64,000 bases of DNA from an uncultured Thermoanaerobaculia bacterium (GTDB lineage: Bacteria > Acidobacteriota > Thermoanaerobaculia > Multivoradales > DATKCC01), in assembly GCA_964560325.1 (NCBI GenBank), contig CAZLLV010000561.1, positions 486-64,485 of the forward strand, in the 5' to 3' direction. The translations under genes were made by a program, and so were the position numbers. Below the pieces are notes generated by a model. The model was not told the origin of the DNA. It worked only from the letters and a program-made list of their open reading frames with translations, and ran no database searches. Numbering within the stretch: position 1 is the stretch's first letter; each line of letters starts with the position of its first letter. Of the stretch, positions 50,573 through 60,813 are shown one piece after another.

Positions 50573-53080
50573 ATGGTCCGCAAAGCGCCCACGCCCAGAC
50601 AGCCCTCCCTCCCGCGGCGCGCCCTCCACCGGGCTCTCGCCGCCTGGCGCCATCCGCGCACACGGCGGCGCCTGTTGCTCGCCGGCGGGGCGGTCGTTCT
50701 CGTCGTCGGCGCGCTCCTCGCGTGGGGGCTCTGGCCGTACTGGCAGCTCTCCGGCCAGTTCGACGACGTGCCGGCACGGCAGCCGTCGCGCCTCTACGGC
50801 CGGGCGCCGGTCGTCGAGACGGGCGAGCTGATCGACCTGGAGCGCATCCTCGGGCTGCTCGCGGACGAGGGGTACCGTCCGCTGGAGGAAGGGGCACGCG
50901 CCGCGCCCGGCCGTTACGAGCGCGCAAACGGCACCCTCACGATCTACCAGCGCGTCTTTCCGACGCCCGAGGGGACGGCCGGCGGTCTGCCGCTGACGAT
51001 CCGCCTGAACGGCCAGCGGGTGAGCGCGCTCGAGATCGGCGGCGAGCCGGTCGAGCGCGCCTGGCTCGATCCGCCGCTCATCGCCTCCTACTACGGCTCC
51101 GACCTGAAGGAGCGCAAGCCGGTGCGGGTCGACGACCTGCCGGAGGATCTGGTGGCGGCGATCCTGGCGGCCGAGGACGATGCGTTCTTCCGCCACGCAG
51201 GCCTCTCGCCCTCCGGCATCCTGCGGGCGGTCTGGGTCAACGTGCGCGGCGGCGAGGTGAGCCAGGGGGGCAGCACCCTCACGCAGCAGCTCGTCAAGAA
51301 CCTCTACCTCTCTCACGAGCGCACGTTCTCGCGCAAGACGCGCGAGGCGATCCTGGCGGTCTTCCTGGAGCTGCGCTACTCGAAGCGGTCGATCCTCCAG
51401 GCGTACCTGAACGAGATCTACCTGGGAGGCGCGGGCGGGGTGAACCTGATGGGCGTGGGTGCCGCTTCGCGCGCGTTTTTCGGCAAGGACCCGGCGCAGC
51501 TCGACCTCGCCGAGGCGGCGCTCCTCGCCGGCGTCATCCGGTCGCCCGCGAACTACTCGCCGATCCACCACCCGGAGCGGGCGAAGGGGCGGCGCGACTG
51601 GGTGCTCGAGCGGATGGTGGAGACCGGGGCGATCGAGCCGGAACGGGCCGAGCGGGCGCAGGCGGAGCCGGTGCGCACCAACCCGGAGCCGGTGGTCCGC
51701 CGGCGGGCGCCGTACTTCGCCGACCTGGTGGTGGAGGAGGCGGCGCGCCGTTACGGCATCGAGCACCTCGAAGACGGCGGCTACCTCCTCCTCTCGACGC
51801 TCGACTGGCCGGGGCAGGAGCAGGCCGCCGAGGCGGTCGGCTGGGGCCTGGAGGCGCTCGAGAACGGCTGGGAGAAGGGCAATCAGCGCTCGGAGGGACC
51901 CCTCCAGGCGGCGCTCGTCTCGATCGACCCGCGCGACGGCGACATCCTCGCCTACGTCGGCGGGCGCGACTACTCGGCGAGCCAGTTCGACCGCGCGAGC
52001 CAGGCCCGGCGCCAGGCCGGCAGCGCCTTCAAGCCGGTCGTCTTCGCCGCCGCCTTCGAGCGCGGCCAGGCGTCGCCCGCGACACTGATCGAGGACTCGC
52101 CGCTGACCGTCCGGCTGCCCAACCAGACCTGGTCGCCGGAGAACTACGACCGGCAGTTCCACGGCTGGGTGCGCGCGCGCACCGCGCTCGAGCAGAGCTA
52201 CAACGTGGCGACCGCGCGACTCGCCCTCCAGACCGGCCTCGAGAACGTGGTCGAGACCGCCCGCCAGATGGGGATCGACGCGCCCCTCGACCCGGTGCCC
52301 GCCCTCGCCCTCGGCGCCTTCGAGGTCACGCCGCTCGAGCTCTCCGAGGTCTACGCCACGCTCGCGACCGGCGGTCTGCGCCCGGAGATCCACGGCCTGG
52401 AGGCGGTCTACGATCGGGAGGGCCGGCGGATCGACGGCCTTGCGCTGCCCGCGCCCGAGCAGGCGATCACGCCGGAGACCTCCTACCTCGTGACCGCGCT
52501 CCTGATGGGAGTGCTCGACCACGGGACCGCCGCCGGCGCCCGGACGCAGGGGCTTCGCGGGCCGCTCGCGGGCAAGACCGGAACCACCAACGGGCGGCGC
52601 GACAACTGGTTCGGCGGCTACTCGCCGGAGCGGAGCACCGTCGTCTGGGTCGGCTACGACGACAACGCCCAGACCCGTATGTCCGGCTCGCGGGCGGCGG
52701 TGCCGATCTGGACCCGCTTCACCATCGCCGTCCGGCCCCCGGGCGGCTACTCCCGCTTCGAAGCGCCGCCGAACGTGACCACCGCGCTCATCGATCCCGA
52801 GACCGGGCAGCTCGCCACCGACGACTGCCCCTCGACGCTGGTCGAGGTCTTCCGGCACGGCCAGGTGCCGGACCAGATCTGCGAGCGCCACAGCTACGAG
52901 CGCTGGTGGGAGGGGGACGGCGACGAGTACGGGGAGGACGAGGACTGGCGCGAGCGGCGTGAGCGCGACCGCGGCAAGGTCCGCCGCTGGCTCGACCGGG
53001 TCTTCGGCGGCAAGGAGGAACCGGAGGAAGAAGAGTACGAGCCGCCGCCGGGCGACGCACCGCTCGAAGACGCGGCCTGA
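50573..53080 (+). CDS. class A penicillin-binding protein (bifunctional glycosyltransferase/transpeptidase)
   Basis: GT51 motifs EDDAFFRHAGL and GGSTLTQQLVKN. Transpeptidase SAFKP, SYN and KTGTT motifs. Confidence 0.85.
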   Translation: MVRKAPTPRQPSLPRRALHRALAAWRHPRTRRRLLLAGGAVVLVVGALLAWGLWPYWQLSGQFDDVPARQPSRLYGRAPVVETGELIDLERILGLLADEGYRPLEEGARAAPGRYERANGTLTIYQRVFPTPEGTAGGLPLTIRLNGQRVSALEIGGEPVERAWLDPPLIASYYGSDLKERKPVRVDDLPEDLVAAILAAEDDAFFRHAGLSPSGILRAVWVNVRGGEVSQGGSTLTQQLVKNLYLSHERTFSRKTREAILAVFLELRYSKRSILQAYLNEIYLGGAGGVNLMGVGAASRAFFGKDPAQLDLAEAALLAGVIRSPANYSPIHHPERAKGRRDWVLERMVETGAIEPERAERAQAEPVRTNPEPVVRRRAPYFADLVVEEAARRYGIEHLEDGGYLLLSTLDWPGQEQAAEAVGWGLEALENGWEKGNQRSEGPLQAALVSIDPRDGDILAYVGGRDYSASQFDRASQARRQAGSAFKPVVFAAAFERGQASPATLIEDSPLTVRLPNQTWSPENYDRQFHGWVRARTALEQSYNVATARLALQTGLENVVETARQMGIDAPLDPVPALALGAFEVTPLELSEVYATLATGGLRPEIHGLEAVYDREGRRIDGLALPAPEQAITPETSYLVTALLMGVLDHGTAAGARTQGLRGPLAGKTGTTNGRRDNWFGGYSPERSTVVWVGYDDNAQTRMSGSRAAVPIWTRFTIAVRPPGGYSRFEAPPNVTTALIDPETGQLATDDCPSTLVEVFRHGQVPDQICERHSYERWWEGDGDEYGEDEDWRERRERDRGKVRRWLDRVFGGKEEPEEEEYEPPPGDAPLEDAA

Positions 53081-53192
53081 CGACGTTCGCGGGGAACCTT
53101 TCGGAAGCGCTCTGCGTGTCGGGGGCGGGGGCGACGCGACCCCTCGCCCCGCACCCATCGAACCGACACCTTCCGAAAGGATTTCTCGCGAT

Positions 53193-54689
53193 ATGCCCGA
53201 TCGACCCCGCACCCTCCGCCGTCTGCCGATCCTCCTGACCGTCGCCCTCCTCGCCGTCGGCTCTGCCTCGGCGAGCGCCGACCCACGGACCGCCGGTGTG
53301 CCCTCCGCGGCGCGCGCCGGCCTGGTGATCGACGACGTCCACGTGATCGACGTCAAGAGCGGCCGGGTCTCTCGGGACCGGGCGGTCGTCGTCCGGGACG
53401 GCCGGATCGAGCGGATCGTCGCCGCGGGGACCGCGGTCGAGGCGGATCGGGTGGCGGACGCCGAGGGCGGGTACCTGATCCCCGGTCTCTGGGACACGCA
53501 CGCGCACCTGCGCGCCGACGGCCTGCCCGACTGGATCACCACCGACTGGATGATGCCGCTCCTGCTCGCCCACGGCGTCACCGGCGTGCGCGACATGAAG
53601 TCGGGCTGCGACGGTCCGGAGGAGGTCGATCCCTGCCTGGCGAAGATGCGGCAGTGGCGGGACGCGGTCGAAGCCGGCGCGCTCGCCGGGCCTCGCATCC
53701 TCGCTCTCTCGAGCGCGTTCGTGAACCCGCCCTGGGAGTACGAGGTCACCGAGGAGCAGGCGCGCGGGATGACGCGCAAGCTCGCGGCCGACGGCCTCGA
53801 CCTGATCAAGATCTACACCCGCCTCTCCCCGGAGGCGCTGGGCTGGTTCGGTGACGAGGCGAAGAAGGTGGGCATCGCGATCGGCGGCCACGTGCCGCTC
53901 CGCGTCACCTCGATCGAGGCCTCGAACGCCGGCTTCCGGAGCATCGAGCACGCCCGAGCTTTCCTCTTCGACTGCTTCCCGGGCTCCGAGGCGTTCCGCG
54001 CCAGCGCCACGAGTCACGATCCGCCGGTCGAGACGATGCGGGCGATGGTGGACGAGCACGACCCGGCGCTGTGCCGGGAGGTCTTCGAGGCCCTAGTGGA
54101 GAACGGCACCGCCTACGTGCCGACCCACGTCACCCGCCGCATGGAGGCCTTCGCCGACGATCCGGCCTTCCGCGACGACCCGCGGAAGCGCTACCTGCCG
54201 CCGGCCCTCTGGGGCTCGTGGCAGTCGGACGCCGACCGGACGGTCGCGCTCGACCCGTCGCCGGAGGGCCGGCAGGCGATGCGCGGCTTCTACGAGACGG
54301 GCCTGGAGATCACCGGCGCGGCGCACCGGGCCGGCGTGACGGTGCTGGTCGGCACCGACGGCGGCGATACCTACGCCTTCCCGGGCTCCGGCGTCCACGA
54401 CGAGCTGGGTGAGCTGGTGAAGGCGGGCCTGACGCCGGCCGAGGCGCTCCGCGCCGCCACCTCCGAGGCCGCGCGTTTCCTGGGACGGTCGGAGGATCAC
54501 GGGAGCGTCGAGGTGGGCAAGGTCGCCGACCTGGTGCTCCTCACCGACAACCCGCTCGAATCGATCGACCACGTGCGACAGATCCGCGCTGTCGTCTTCG
54601 GCGGCGACTACCTCGACCGCGAAAGGCTCGACGCGATGCTCGCGGGCGTCGAGGAGGCGGCGGAGCGGCCGCTCCAGGGCGGAAGCTGA
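53193..54689 (+). CDS. amidohydrolase-family metal-dependent hydrolase
   Basis: Signal peptide, HxH motif GLWDTHAHL, and a C-terminal VGKVADLVLL motif typical of amidohydrolase_1. Confidence 0.8.
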   Translation: MPDRPRTLRRLPILLTVALLAVGSASASADPRTAGVPSAARAGLVIDDVHVIDVKSGRVSRDRAVVVRDGRIERIVAAGTAVEADRVADAEGGYLIPGLWDTHAHLRADGLPDWITTDWMMPLLLAHGVTGVRDMKSGCDGPEEVDPCLAKMRQWRDAVEAGALAGPRILALSSAFVNPPWEYEVTEEQARGMTRKLAADGLDLIKIYTRLSPEALGWFGDEAKKVGIAIGGHVPLRVTSIEASNAGFRSIEHARAFLFDCFPGSEAFRASATSHDPPVETMRAMVDEHDPALCREVFEALVENGTAYVPTHVTRRMEAFADDPAFRDDPRKRYLPPALWGSWQSDADRTVALDPSPEGRQAMRGFYETGLEITGAAHRAGVTVLVGTDGGDTYAFPGSGVHDELGELVKAGLTPAEALRAATSEAARFLGRSEDHGSVEVGKVADLVLLTDNPLESIDHVRQIRAVVFGGDYLDRERLDAMLAGVEEAAERPLQGGS

Positions 54690-54754
54690 GCGCCCCGGCC
54701 CGCCGAGGGGCGGGGGGCGGTTAGACTCGGGCGGACCTTCGGGAGGTACTCGAG

Positions 54755-55594
54755 ATGCTCCGATTTTCGCTCCGCTCGCCCTCGGCGGCCGGCACCGCCG
54801 CGCTCGTCGCGCTCTGCCTCGCGGCGGGCACCGGCTGCGCCACCGCGCCGCAGCCGCCCCGGCCCGCGATCGACCTCGCCGGCTACGAGCTGGTAGACCT
54901 GACCTACTCGTTCGACGAGGAGACCGTCTACTGGCCGACCTCGCCCTCCGGCTTCGAGCTCGAAGAGCTCGCGCACGGGCACACGGAGGGTGGCTGGTTC
55001 TACTCCTCCTACCGGCTCAGGACGCCGGAGCACGGCGGAACCCACCTCGATGCACCGATCCACTTCGCCGAAGGGCGCGACACCACCGACCGGGTGCCGC
55101 TCTCCCGCCTGATCGGACCGGCGGTGGTGATCGACGTGTCGGAGCAGGCGGCGGCCGATCCGGACTACCTGCTCGCCCCGGCCGACGTGGCGGCGTTCGA
55201 GGCCGAGCACGGCGAGGTGCCGGCGGGGTCGATCGTGCTGCTCCGCACCGGCTGGGGCGCGCGCTGGGGCGATCCGCTCCGCTACCTGGGCGACGACACG
55301 CCCGGCGACGCCTCGAACCTCCACTTCCCGTCGTACGGCGAGGAGGCGGCCCGGCTGCTGGTCGAGGAGCGGGGCGTGGCGGCGATCGGGGTCGACACCG
55401 CGAGCATCGACCGCGGCGCGTCGACCGACTTCCGGGTCCACCAGGTAGCCGCCGCCGCCAACGTTCCGGGCCTCGAGAACGTCGCGCACCTCGACCGCCT
55501 GCCGCCGACCGGCGCCTGGGTGATCGCCCTGCCGATGAAGATCGGCGGCGGCTCCGGCGGCCCGGTGCGGATCGCCGCGCTCGTGCCGCGGTAG
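54755..55594 (+). CDS. cyclase-family protein (kynurenine formamidase-like) lipoprotein
   Basis: Lipobox LAAGTGC and an HGGTHLDAPIHF metal-binding motif. Confidence 0.75.
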   Translation: MLRFSLRSPSAAGTAALVALCLAAGTGCATAPQPPRPAIDLAGYELVDLTYSFDEETVYWPTSPSGFELEELAHGHTEGGWFYSSYRLRTPEHGGTHLDAPIHFAEGRDTTDRVPLSRLIGPAVVIDVSEQAAADPDYLLAPADVAAFEAEHGEVPAGSIVLLRTGWGARWGDPLRYLGDDTPGDASNLHFPSYGEEAARLLVEERGVAAIGVDTASIDRGASTDFRVHQVAAAANVPGLENVAHLDRLPPTGAWVIALPMKIGGGSGGPVRIAALVPR

Positions 55595-55636
55595 CGGACG
55601 ATCGGAGGCGTAGGGCCGGTCGATCGACGTTTGCCG

Positions 55637-57211
55637 TCACTCGAGGAACGCCTGCCGGTCCTGCAGGCCGGAAACGTCGGCTTCGGTCGGTCCGACCGGG
55701 TCGAGGACGTAGTGACGGACCGTGCCGGTGGCCGTGCGCCGTATCCAGACCTCCGCCCGCGATGGAGTGAAGCGGCTGACCTGGACCCAGAGGTAACCGT
55801 TGGGTCGCGGCCCGATCACCTTGACGAACAGCTCGGGCCGATCGGCGAGGGCGCCGGAGACGCAGAGCGTCTCGGCGATGCAGCCCGGAACCGCCTCTCC
55901 GAGTCGCTCGGCCGCGTCGCCGAAGCGGACCTTCACCTCGAAGCCGGGCAGATCGTCCGACACGAGCCAGCCTCCGTTCGGTGGATCGGCCGGCGGCTCG
56001 ACCGCACCGAGCTGAGTCGCCACCACCTGGAGCTCTCCCTCGCCGCGCGCCCGCCATACGCGGATCGACCATGGCCCCGGTTCCGGGTCCTCGACCTGGC
56101 AGAATTCGAGGCTCTCGGGAGAGGTCGCGGCGCAGGCCGCAGCCCACTCAGGATCGGGGAGCGAGCCGGGACCGACGAAGAGGTCGAAGTCGTTGCTCGC
56201 CGGCCGCACCACGCCCTCGCCGTTGAGCGCGAGCCGTAGGACGCGGGTAGTCGGGAGCACGTCGAAGGTGAAGAGGGCCTCGGGCTCTTCGGGGGAGAGC
56301 CGGCCGCTCGCCCCGTCGGCTCGGGCCGCAGGGTGGCGGGGGAGCTGAGGGAGATCACCGCACCAGCGGGTACCGAAGTCGAGGCCGGCGGCCTCCTCGA
56401 TCCATCGTCGTTCCCGGAATACGTCGGTGCTCGAGCTGAGGTTCGGCGGTCCGCAGGTCCCGTTCGAGATCGATTGGGCGACACCGATCACGCCCAGCTC
56501 TCCCCCCATATCGGCGAACAGAGGGCCGCCCGAGTCGTTGAAGCACAGCCCGGCCTCCTCGCCTGGAGGGGCCAGGGGAGCGTCGATCCGCCAACAGACG
56601 AGATGATCGGGGCACTCGCCCACGGTCGTGGCGCGACCGGTGCGCTTGATCGACTGATCCTCCACGTCGCGCGAGGTCCTCCCGAAGCCGACGAGCGTCG
56701 CCTGGGTGCCGTCGGACGGACTCGAACGCCGATTGATGGCCACCGGCAGCACGCCCTCCACCGGCCGGTCCAGCCGTAGGATCGCGAGGTCGTGCCCGGG
56801 CTCACCGGGCTCGCCCCAGAGCGGATGGAGGACGATCTCCTCGAGCTCGTAGAAGCCGGCGTGCTGGAAGAACACTCGTTTGCCCGCGGGATCGAGAAGG
56901 TCCGGTCGGTTCCGGCAGGCGTCCCCGATCAACAGCCGGCCCTGGCTCGAGCTGAAGTCGAAGCAGGCGCAGTGGGCGGCCGTGAGGACCGTGCTGCACC
57001 CGATCAGGGTGACGGTGCATTCGACCTCCGGATAGGTGAGGAGCCCGACGGCGGGGAAGCCCGTGGTCGGTACTCCGTTGAAGACCGGGGCCGTCAGGCT
57101 GTCCGGGGGCTCGACGCCCTGGGCCGGAGGACAGGCCACGAGCCAGCCGGTCGTCCCGACGACCAGGGAGACGGCGACCGCGAGGCCCGGAACGCTATGG
57201 CGATTTCCCAT
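55637..57211 (-). CDS. secreted S1 (trypsin-like) serine peptidase with a PPC domain and the conserved C-terminal module
   Basis: TAAHC (His), DLAILRLD (Asp) and DSGGPLF (Ser). A pre-peptidase C-terminal-like segment, NDFDLFVGPGSL. The C-terminus PGFEVKVRF...CIAETLCVSGALADRPELFVKVIGPRPNGYLW...EVWIRR is homologous to the C-termini of CDS 18483 and CDS 31218. Confidence 0.8.
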   Translation of the reverse strand: MGNRHSVPGLAVAVSLVVGTTGWLVACPPAQGVEPPDSLTAPVFNGVPTTGFPAVGLLTYPEVECTVTLIGCSTVLTAAHCACFDFSSSQGRLLIGDACRNRPDLLDPAGKRVFFQHAGFYELEEIVLHPLWGEPGEPGHDLAILRLDRPVEGVLPVAINRRSSPSDGTQATLVGFGRTSRDVEDQSIKRTGRATTVGECPDHLVCWRIDAPLAPPGEEAGLCFNDSGGPLFADMGGELGVIGVAQSISNGTCGPPNLSSSTDVFRERRWIEEAAGLDFGTRWCGDLPQLPRHPAARADGASGRLSPEEPEALFTFDVLPTTRVLRLALNGEGVVRPASNDFDLFVGPGSLPDPEWAAACAATSPESLEFCQVEDPEPGPWSIRVWRARGEGELQVVATQLGAVEPPADPPNGGWLVSDDLPGFEVKVRFGDAAERLGEAVPGCIAETLCVSGALADRPELFVKVIGPRPNGYLWVQVSRFTPSRAEVWIRRTATGTVRHYVLDPVGPTEADVSGLQDRQAFLE

Positions 57212-57263
57212 GAGTCGAGCTTACCTCGGTCCCGCCCCCGGCCGGTCGCCGGTCGTTCCCTCA

Positions 57264-58004
57264 TCAGCGCAGCCAGGGCAGGGCGATGCCGCCGCCGACC
57301 AGGGCCCGCTTCTTCGCGTCCGGCTCGATGCCGCGGCCGAGGTAGCCGCCGCCGCTGGCGATCACGTTGCTCGCCGTCACCGCGCAGATCGCCGCGTCGC
57401 GCAGGTCCTTGGTGAGCTGGCGCTTGCGCGGGCTGGAGAGGTCCAGGCCTTCGAGGATCGAGTCGCGCAACGCCACCCGGGAGAACGGCTGGTCGACCGC
57501 GGTGCCGGTCGCCGCCGCCAGCGTCGCCCACGAGATCCGCGGGTTGACCTCGACCAGGATCTTGGTGCCGAGGGTACGGGCCTGACCGACCCAGACGGTC
57601 CAGTCGTGCTCGGTGACCAGCCGGTAGGCGACCTCGGTCCAGAGGCGGGCGAGCTTCAAGAAGGTCTTCGACGCGCCGCTCGGCCACTCGCCGAACGACT
57701 CCGGTGTCTTGAACGGCGCCTGTACCAGGCTCTCGAAGGGGCGGCCGCGGCCGCCCGAGCCGGGGTCGGCGAGGCTCAGCGGGCTGTCGAGCCCCAGCGG
57801 GTGGAGCCCGCGCTCGTCGAGCTCGCGGGCGACCGCCGTCGCGAGCTCGCTCCACTCGGCCGCCTTCGATTTCGCGTCGAGCTCGACACCGCCCGCGAGC
57901 GACTCCAGGGCTCCCTCGTAGAGCAGTCTCCGGCCCTGGATCTTGAGCGCCTCGTTGCCCCCGCCGCCGCTCGAGACGGTCGTGTGGATGCCGTATCCGT
58001 ACAT
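57264..58004 (-). CDS. hypothetical protein (246 aa) upstream of, and co-oriented with, the S1 peptidase gene
   Basis: Start is MYGYGIHTTVSSGGGGNEALKIQG at 58004 with a GGAGAGGAG RBS. Glycine-rich N-terminus. I cannot assign a family. Confidence 0.4.
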   Translation of the reverse strand: MYGYGIHTTVSSGGGGNEALKIQGRRLLYEGALESLAGGVELDAKSKAAEWSELATAVARELDERGLHPLGLDSPLSLADPGSGGRGRPFESLVQAPFKTPESFGEWPSGASKTFLKLARLWTEVAYRLVTEHDWTVWVGQARTLGTKILVEVNPRISWATLAAATGTAVDQPFSRVALRDSILEGLDLSSPRKRQLTKDLRDAAICAVTASNVIASGGGYLGRGIEPDAKKRALVGGGIALPWLR

Positions 58005-58139
58005 GTTTCTCCTCTCCCGATTGCTCCCGAATCTCCGATGGGACGGATCGATCTTCCCCCCGAGGATATCGCTTTCGCCTCCGAGCGCCCGGCCGGCGCC
58101 CCGAGGGGCACCCCGGGCGCGATATCGTAGCCGCCGACC

Positions 58140-58808
58140 ATGCGCACCCTCGCACACCTCTTCGAAGCCAACCGCTCCTGGGCCGACCGCATGCGCGAGC
58201 GCGACCCGGAGACGTTCTCCCGCCTCGCCGAGCAGCAGAGCCCACGCTACCTCTGGATCGGCTGCTCCGACAGCCGCGTGCCGGCGAACGAGATCGTCGA
58301 CCTGCCGCCGGGCGAGATGTTCGTGCACCGGAACGTCGCGAACCTCGTCGTCCACACCGACCTCAACTGCCTCTCGGTCCTCCAGTACGCGGTCGAAGTG
58401 CTGAAGGTGGAGCACGTGATCGTCTGCGGCCACTACGGCTGCGGCGGCGTCCAGGCGGCGGCCTCCGGCGCGTCGCTCGGGCTGATCGAGAACTGGCTCC
58501 GCCACGTGCAGGACGTGATCGCCCGGCACGAGGGACCGCTCGCAGGGATCTCCGACGAGGCCGAGCGGCTCGACCGGATCTGCGAGCTCAACGTGATCGA
58601 GCAAGTGACCGGCGTCTCCCGCACGACCATCGTGCAGGATGCCTGGAAGCGCGGCCAGAACCTCTCCGTCCACGGCTGGATCTACGACATCGCCGACGGG
58701 CTGCTGCGCGACCTCTCGGTCACGGTGACGACGGCCGACGAGGTGGCGCCGTCGGTCGCCGCGGCGGTCGCGCACCGGTTCGCGCAAGGGCGCCCGGGCA
58801 TCACGTGA
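58140..58808 (+). CDS. beta-class carbonic anhydrase
   Basis: CSDSRV, HYGCGG and zinc-ligand spacing diagnostic of beta-CA. Confidence 0.9.
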   Translation: MRTLAHLFEANRSWADRMRERDPETFSRLAEQQSPRYLWIGCSDSRVPANEIVDLPPGEMFVHRNVANLVVHTDLNCLSVLQYAVEVLKVEHVIVCGHYGCGGVQAAASGASLGLIENWLRHVQDVIARHEGPLAGISDEAERLDRICELNVIEQVTGVSRTTIVQDAWKRGQNLSVHGWIYDIADGLLRDLSVTVTTADEVAPSVAAAVAHRFAQGRPGIT

Positions 58809-59365
58809 AGGTCCCCGCGCAGCGGCACCTCGACGACCTGGAAGCCCGGCTGGAGGCCGTGGGCGAGCAGGTACGCACCCTCGCCACCGACCTGCGCGCC
58901 GACCAGCTCCTCTGGCGGTCCGCGCCGGACCGCTGGGGCGTCGCCGACTGCTTCGAGCACCTGGTGACGACCGATTCCCTGTACTTCCCCCGGCTGCGGG
59001 CGGCGATCGACCGCGCGGCGCCGGCGGCGGAGGGAGAGCGGGTCTACGCCCCCGGCCTCTTCGCCCGCTGGTTCGTCCGCAGCGTCGGCCCCGAAGGCAG
59101 GATGAAGCTGCCGGCTCCGAAGCGCTTCCGGCCGCCGCCGGCCGGTCTGGGCGCGCCGGAGCGCCTTCTGGCCGGCCAGCGGAAGGTCGCGGGCTTTCTC
59201 GAGGAGGCGCGGGGGATCGACCTCCAGAGCGCTCGTTTCGCCTCGCCCGTCTCGCCCCTCGTCCGGTTCACGATCGGCGAGGCTCTGGCGCTGATCGTGG
59301 CCCACCAGGAGCGCCACCTGAAGCAGGCGCTGGCGGTCCGCGGGGAGCCCGGCTTCCCGACCTGA
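58805..59365 (+). CDS. DinB-family (DinB_2) protein
   Basis: GTG start overlapping the CA stop. His-containing four-helix-bundle pattern (CFEHL, AHQERH). Confidence 0.7.
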   Translation: MKVPAQRHLDDLEARLEAVGEQVRTLATDLRADQLLWRSAPDRWGVADCFEHLVTTDSLYFPRLRAAIDRAAPAAEGERVYAPGLFARWFVRSVGPEGRMKLPAPKRFRPPPAGLGAPERLLAGQRKVAGFLEEARGIDLQSARFASPVSPLVRFTIGEALALIVAHQERHLKQALAVRGEPGFPT

Positions 59366-59467
59366 CCGTCCTTCCGGCTCCGGCGTATCGCCCCTCCGGC
59401 ACGTGCCTTGCGTCGCCGTTCTCTCCGGCGTGCGAACCGGAGAATCGACGCAGGGAGACGGAGGACG

Positions 59468-60310
59468 ATGAGTGACAGCGTGACGACGAAAGAGGTCCAA
59501 GGCGTCGACGTGCCCGCCCTGGGGTTCGGGACGTGGGAGCTTCGGGGCGAGGAGTGCGTGGAGGCGGTGGTCGACGCCCTCGAGCTCGGCTACCGGCACA
59601 TCGACACGGCGCAGGTGTACGAGAACGAAGCCGAGGTCGGCCGCGGCCTCGCCCGCTCGGGTGTTCCGCGGGACGAGATCTGGCTGACGACCAAGATCTG
59701 GATGGACGACGCCGGCCACGACGGCGTGCTGCGGACGACCGACCTGAGCCTGGAGCGGCTGGGCGTCGACCGCGTGGACCTGCTCCTCCTCCACTGGCCG
59801 AACCCGCAGGTGCCGCTGTCGGAAACGCTGTCGGCGATGCACTACCTCCAGGAGGAGGGCAAGGCACGCCACCTCGGGGTCAGCAACTTCCCTCCCGACC
59901 TCCTCGACGAGGCGCTCGACGAAGCCGAGATCTTCTGCAACCAGGTCGAGTACCACCCGTTCCTCGCCCAGGACGACGTGCTCGGGCTCTGCCACGAGTG
60001 GGACCTGCTGCTCACCGCCTACTCGCCGCTCGCCCGCGGGCGGGTGATGGAGGACGAGACCCTCCGCGCCATCGCCCAAGACCACGACAAGAGCCCGGCC
60101 CAGGTGGCCCTGCGCTGGCTCGTCCAGCAGGAGCAGGTGGCGGCCATCCCGAAGGCGGCGAGCGCCGATCATCGTCGCTCGAACCGCGAGATCTTCGATT
60201 TCGAGCTGTCGGACGACGAGATGGAACGGATCTACGCGCTCGCCCGCGGCGAGCGCATCGTCGATCCCGACTTCGCTCCCGAGTGGGAGAGTGCCGGGGG
60301 CCGGTTTTGA
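59468..60310 (+). CDS. aldo/keto reductase
   Basis: LGFGTWEL, ALELGYRHIDTAQVYENE, IWLTTK and LLLHWP motifs. Real start is MSDSVTTK at 59468. Confidence 0.85.
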   Translation: MSDSVTTKEVQGVDVPALGFGTWELRGEECVEAVVDALELGYRHIDTAQVYENEAEVGRGLARSGVPRDEIWLTTKIWMDDAGHDGVLRTTDLSLERLGVDRVDLLLLHWPNPQVPLSETLSAMHYLQEEGKARHLGVSNFPPDLLDEALDEAEIFCNQVEYHPFLAQDDVLGLCHEWDLLLTAYSPLARGRVMEDETLRAIAQDHDKSPAQVALRWLVQQEQVAAIPKAASADHRRSNREIFDFELSDDEMERIYALARGERIVDPDFAPEWESAGGRF

Positions 60311-60813
60311 GCGCCGCGGGGAGCGGGCGCGACGAGGGCGAGACGATCGAGCTGGGCCTGATCTCCGACACCCACGGGCTCATCCGCCCCGAAGCGCTCG
60401 ACGCGCTCGCCGGGGTCGACCGGATCGTCCACGCCGGCGACGTCGGCGGCGACGGCATCCTCGACCGGCTGCTGGAGATCGCGCCGGTGGTCGCCGTGCG
60501 CGGCAACGTCGACCGCGGGAACTGGGCGCGAGAGCTGCCCGACACCGCCGTCCTGGAGGTGGCCGGTGCCAAGATCCTCGTCCTCCACATCCGCGACGAG
60601 CTCGCCCGCCGCCTTCCCGGCGGCCCGGACGAGGCCGGCTTCGACGCCGTCGTCTACGGTCACTCCCATCGACCGGCGATCCAAGAGGAGGAGGGGGTCC
60701 TCTTCCTCAACCCCGGCAGCGCCGGCCCCCGCCGCTTCGATTTCCCGGTGACCTTGATGCGAGCGACGGTCCGGGACGGCCGGATCGAAGCTCGGTTGAT
60801 CGAGCTGGTCTGA
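60307..60813 (+). CDS. metallophosphoesterase (YfcE-like); TTG start overlapping the AKR stop
   Basis: LGLISDTHG, HAGDVGG, RGNVD and YGHSH motifs. No ATG or GTG is available, so TTG 60307 is inferred. Confidence 0.65.
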   Translation: MSAAGSGRDEGETIELGLISDTHGLIRPEALDALAGVDRIVHAGDVGGDGILDRLLEIAPVVAVRGNVDRGNWARELPDTAVLEVAGAKILVLHIRDELARRLPGGPDEAGFDAVVYGHSHRPAIQEEEGVLFLNPGSAGPRRFDFPVTLMRATVRDGRIEARLIELV

